Shown: positions 58,996-62,000 of the stretch, one piece after another | How the letters are laid out: every line of letters starts with the position of its first letter | Numbering within the stretch: the first letter of the stretch is position 1 | Origin: Vicugna vicugna | Lineage: Eukaryota | Assembly (NCBI GenBank): GCA_013265495.1 | Contig: MU058289.1 | Span: forward strand, 2,105,451-2,167,450 | DNA length: 62,000 nucleotides | Direction of reading: 5' to 3' | Notes under the pieces: generated by a model | Seen by the model: only the letters and a program-made list of their open reading frames with translations | Told to the model about the DNA's origin: nothing | Databases searched by the model: none | Program-made: the position numbers and the translations under genes

Positions 58996-61409
58996 AGAAG
59001 TTTTGATTGATTTGTTTTTTGACCCCAAAAATGAACCAAGAGCATTTCTTTTCATTTCTAGGTAGATGTGGTTGGTTAACTTTTTGTTTATTAGTTTCTG
59101 GTTTTATCACTGTTGTAGTGAGAGAATGCAGGCTATGTAAATTTTATTTTCCTTAATTTTGAGATTTTTCTTTGTGGCCTATTTAGAAATATTTTTGTGA
59201 ACATTTAATGGAGTATTGGGAAATGTTTATTTTTTATTTGTAGAGTACATATTTTGGTGTACATTAAATCAGGTTTTTTTTATCTTTCCAGTTTTCTGCC
59301 TTCTTCCTTATGTTTGCATATTTAAGATGAGGAGAGATGGCTTTACAAATCCCTCTTTGTGATTCCTAATAGATTTTGTTTGATTCATTTCCATATCGAC
59401 TTGCTTGAGGCACAGAGTTTGATGCCTGTTAAGTCTGAAATCTGACTTTCTGTGCTACTGGTTTTCCTGTTAAATGCTTTGTTGCCTTTTCCTGGTGTAT
59501 CTTTGCTTACTGCTTTATTTTCAACTTTGTTCATCAGCTGCAGTTTACTTGTTCCAAATGGGGCCCCTCCCCGTATTAGGAGAGCCATTCACATCTGTCA
59601 TGATGACTGACAAGTATGTTTGTGCTCTCATTCAGAGTCTCCTTTGGTGCTTTCTGGTTTCTGTTCCGTGTTTCTGGCTTTGAAATTTTTTTTCTGTCTT
59701 TGGAAAGTTGGCAGCATTTCCTTTGATCTCTTTTTAATTGATCAAAAGTGGATGCATTCCACTTTTATTGTAGAATTTGCGTTTAAATAACTTTTCTCTC
59801 CATCAATTATTTTCAGCATTTGTATAATTTTATAATTATTTTAATAACAGTTATTTAGACTTCATTATCTTACTGAATCCAGTGTGGACCCCTGTTTCGT
59901 CCCTTGTTTTCCCTTCCCCCTAATGCATTGAGTTTGACCTTGCAGGTTGGAGAGTCCTTTCGCTGCCTCCCGTGTAAAGGATGGCTTGACTGGGTATTGA
60001 GTCTTTGTTCCATGAAAACGTTTCCTCCATTGTTGCCAGAGATCTTAGGCAAATCATATTCCTTCCCCTTTCCAGGGAACTTTTAATTTTCTTGCCTGGC
60101 GCTTACAGGCTTCCGGAGAGTAGCAGTGTTTCCTGCGGATTCTGTGTTTCAGCCGTGCTTTGGGACTTACCATCCCGCGCGCCTCGCCCGCTGGGCTGCG
60201 GGCCCTGGAGGCCGCTCCCTGAGAAGAGGCATGAGCTGGGCCGACGGTTCTCCAGCCGGGCGGCAGGTTGTTGCGGGGGGGCTGCACAACCCAGGTGGCG
60301 AGACGCAGATCAGGTGTATTCTGACCTAGGCCAGTGAGAGGCAGAGCAGAGAAGCAGTCACACCTACACACGGACCAGACGAGCTTGACTGTGATCCAGG
60401 TGACAGGTCCGGTGGTGGTGGCCCCAGTGCTGTGGAGTCGGGAGCAGCTTGGCCACCAGCGAGGCTGGGCTGCCCACAGAGGACAGGCCAGAGGCAGTGG
60501 CCATGTGCACACCCAAGTGACAGTGTCACAGCCTCTGTGTTTCCTGTCAGTCACAGGAGCTAATGTGACCCACTAGCACCAGCAGCTGTGCAGACAGGTC
60601 TGGGAACCGGTTCTCTAATCTGAAAAGTGAAACCTTTCTTCACCTCAGGGCCGCCTTTGAAATTCCTGTTTCACACGTATTGGGTCCCTGGCCGCTGCCT
60701 CTGGGCTCTCATCTTTTCTTTCATAATTCCCACTTCTGCGTCAGTGGAAAATTCTCCAACTTGTCTGCCCGTTCACCTCCTGTCACCCTCCTCCAGCAGC
60801 TCTGAGGCTCTCTGATGGTGCCCATTTTATAACTCGGCCACCACGCCTGACTTCTTAGAGAGCCCCTTCCCATCATGGCCCCTTCTCCATCCACGTCTCT
60901 GCTCTTGCTCTTCAGATGTGCTGTCCTCATGGACCCCGCAAAGGCGTGGGCTGGAGACTCTCTCCAAGTTGCCTCCCGTTTCCCACATGGAGACCTCCTT
61001 CTTCATCACTGACCGAGAGCTGACTGACTGACCCCCAAGACGCAGGGTGCTGTTGCTCAGGCCCAGAAGGCAGGATGATGGTTTGGATTGCCTGTGGATT
61101 TGCTGTCCAGATGAGCCACCCAGAGGAGCTGAGAAGAGAGTGTGAGCCACACAGGGGGTGCTGCAGGGCAGGGCCTCCTTTCTCTGGCGGTGGGAGACAT
61201 CGCCCCTACACTGGGCACTGCTGGCGCTGGCTTTGGCCATACCCTGTTAGCCGACCTGCCTTCCCCCCCGGGGCCCCAGGGAGAGTGGGCTGCAGCCCCT
61301 ATGGGTTTCCAGAAGCTTCTGTCAGGTTAGGATCATGTTGGGGGAGAACCTCTGGTTTCCCTGTCTCTCACTTCCCAGGAGAAATTTTCTAGCAAGACAA
61401 TGTCTAGAG

Positions 61410-61900
61410 ATTAACTGATAGGTAGCCTTTGGGCTGGACCCAGGGCACAGGCAGCATTTTTAGTTTGGTTTACACAATGGGATTTTTTAATTTGTTTTAG
61501 TTGTTTTAAGTCAGCAATTAAAAATCGAGACTTCTGGGTTTCCCTAGAAATTGATATTTACAGTATCCTGGGAACTCCCACAGAGCAGCAACCCAGTGGG
61601 GGTGGGATAGCCTTTGGGGCATATGCCGCAGGCCCTGCCCCTCCCTGTTGCCTCCCCCAGCACCAAGGCAGACCCTTTTTGTCGCCCTTTGTCATGGTTC
61701 CCATGCTGTTGCTTCTTTCATAGTTGAGAAAGGTTTTTCATATCAGTGTTTCTATCAAAAGAAGGGAGAAAAAAAAAGATAGTCAAAGGGTCATGTATTT
61801 AAAGAAAAATGAGAGAGCTATGGGGGAAAAATAAAAAGGACTGTTTTTCATATTTTGTGTGTAAATCTCTGGTCAGCTTTACTCCTTTACAGGTTACCTG
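61410..61900. mobile_element. Possible old hAT-Charlie (MER102/Charlie4-like) fragment
   Basis: ttaaaaatcgagacttctgg and gtgtttctatcaaaag resemble recalled Charlie-derived MERs; weak. Confidence 0.35.
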
Positions 61901-62000
61901 CCAGATGCCCCCAGGCCTCTGAGCTGGTTCTCCCTCACCCCCAACCCAGAATAGCTTTCCTGCTTTTCTATACACCCTGTGAAGGAGTGCCGTGGCAGAT

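Larger units (their letters stand above)
56260..59900 (-). mobile_element. Old antisense L1M relic hosting nested insertions
   Basis: gtttcaccat...tttaaggaagt...ggatgttgaatttt at 56280-56410, with L1-like T-rich sequence resuming at ~57960 and continuing to ~59900. Confidence 0.6.

Overview
Mammalian genomic DNA, not prokaryotic. The window holds the CpG-island promoter and coding exons 1-9 of PEPD (Xaa-Pro dipeptidase / prolidase) on the + strand. All nine exons have GT/AG boundaries and splice into one uninterrupted 671-nt frame (223 codons plus 2 nt): [223 protein letters not shown]. The remaining exons, including the metal-binding residues, lie beyond the window; intron 9 runs more than 12.5 kb to the window end. 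Four tRNA-derived SINEs with target-site duplications resemble the camelid Vic-1 family, suggesting an alpaca, llama or camel source (inference). The introns also contain L1, L2, MIR, MaLR/ERVL LTR and hAT relics, GT/CA-rich simple sequence, and several AT-rich non-repeat islands that look like conserved enhancers. Nearly all of the supplied six-frame ORFs are GC-rich noise. I see no clear novel gene system. The best leads are RNA-processing hypotheses: a 5' splice site re-created at the start of exon 9, a stop plus AATAAA right after exon 9, a rare GAG acceptor on exon 4, and complementary intronic elements flanking exon blocks that would circularise in frame. Repeat family names and comparisons with human come from recalled consensus sequences, not from a search.
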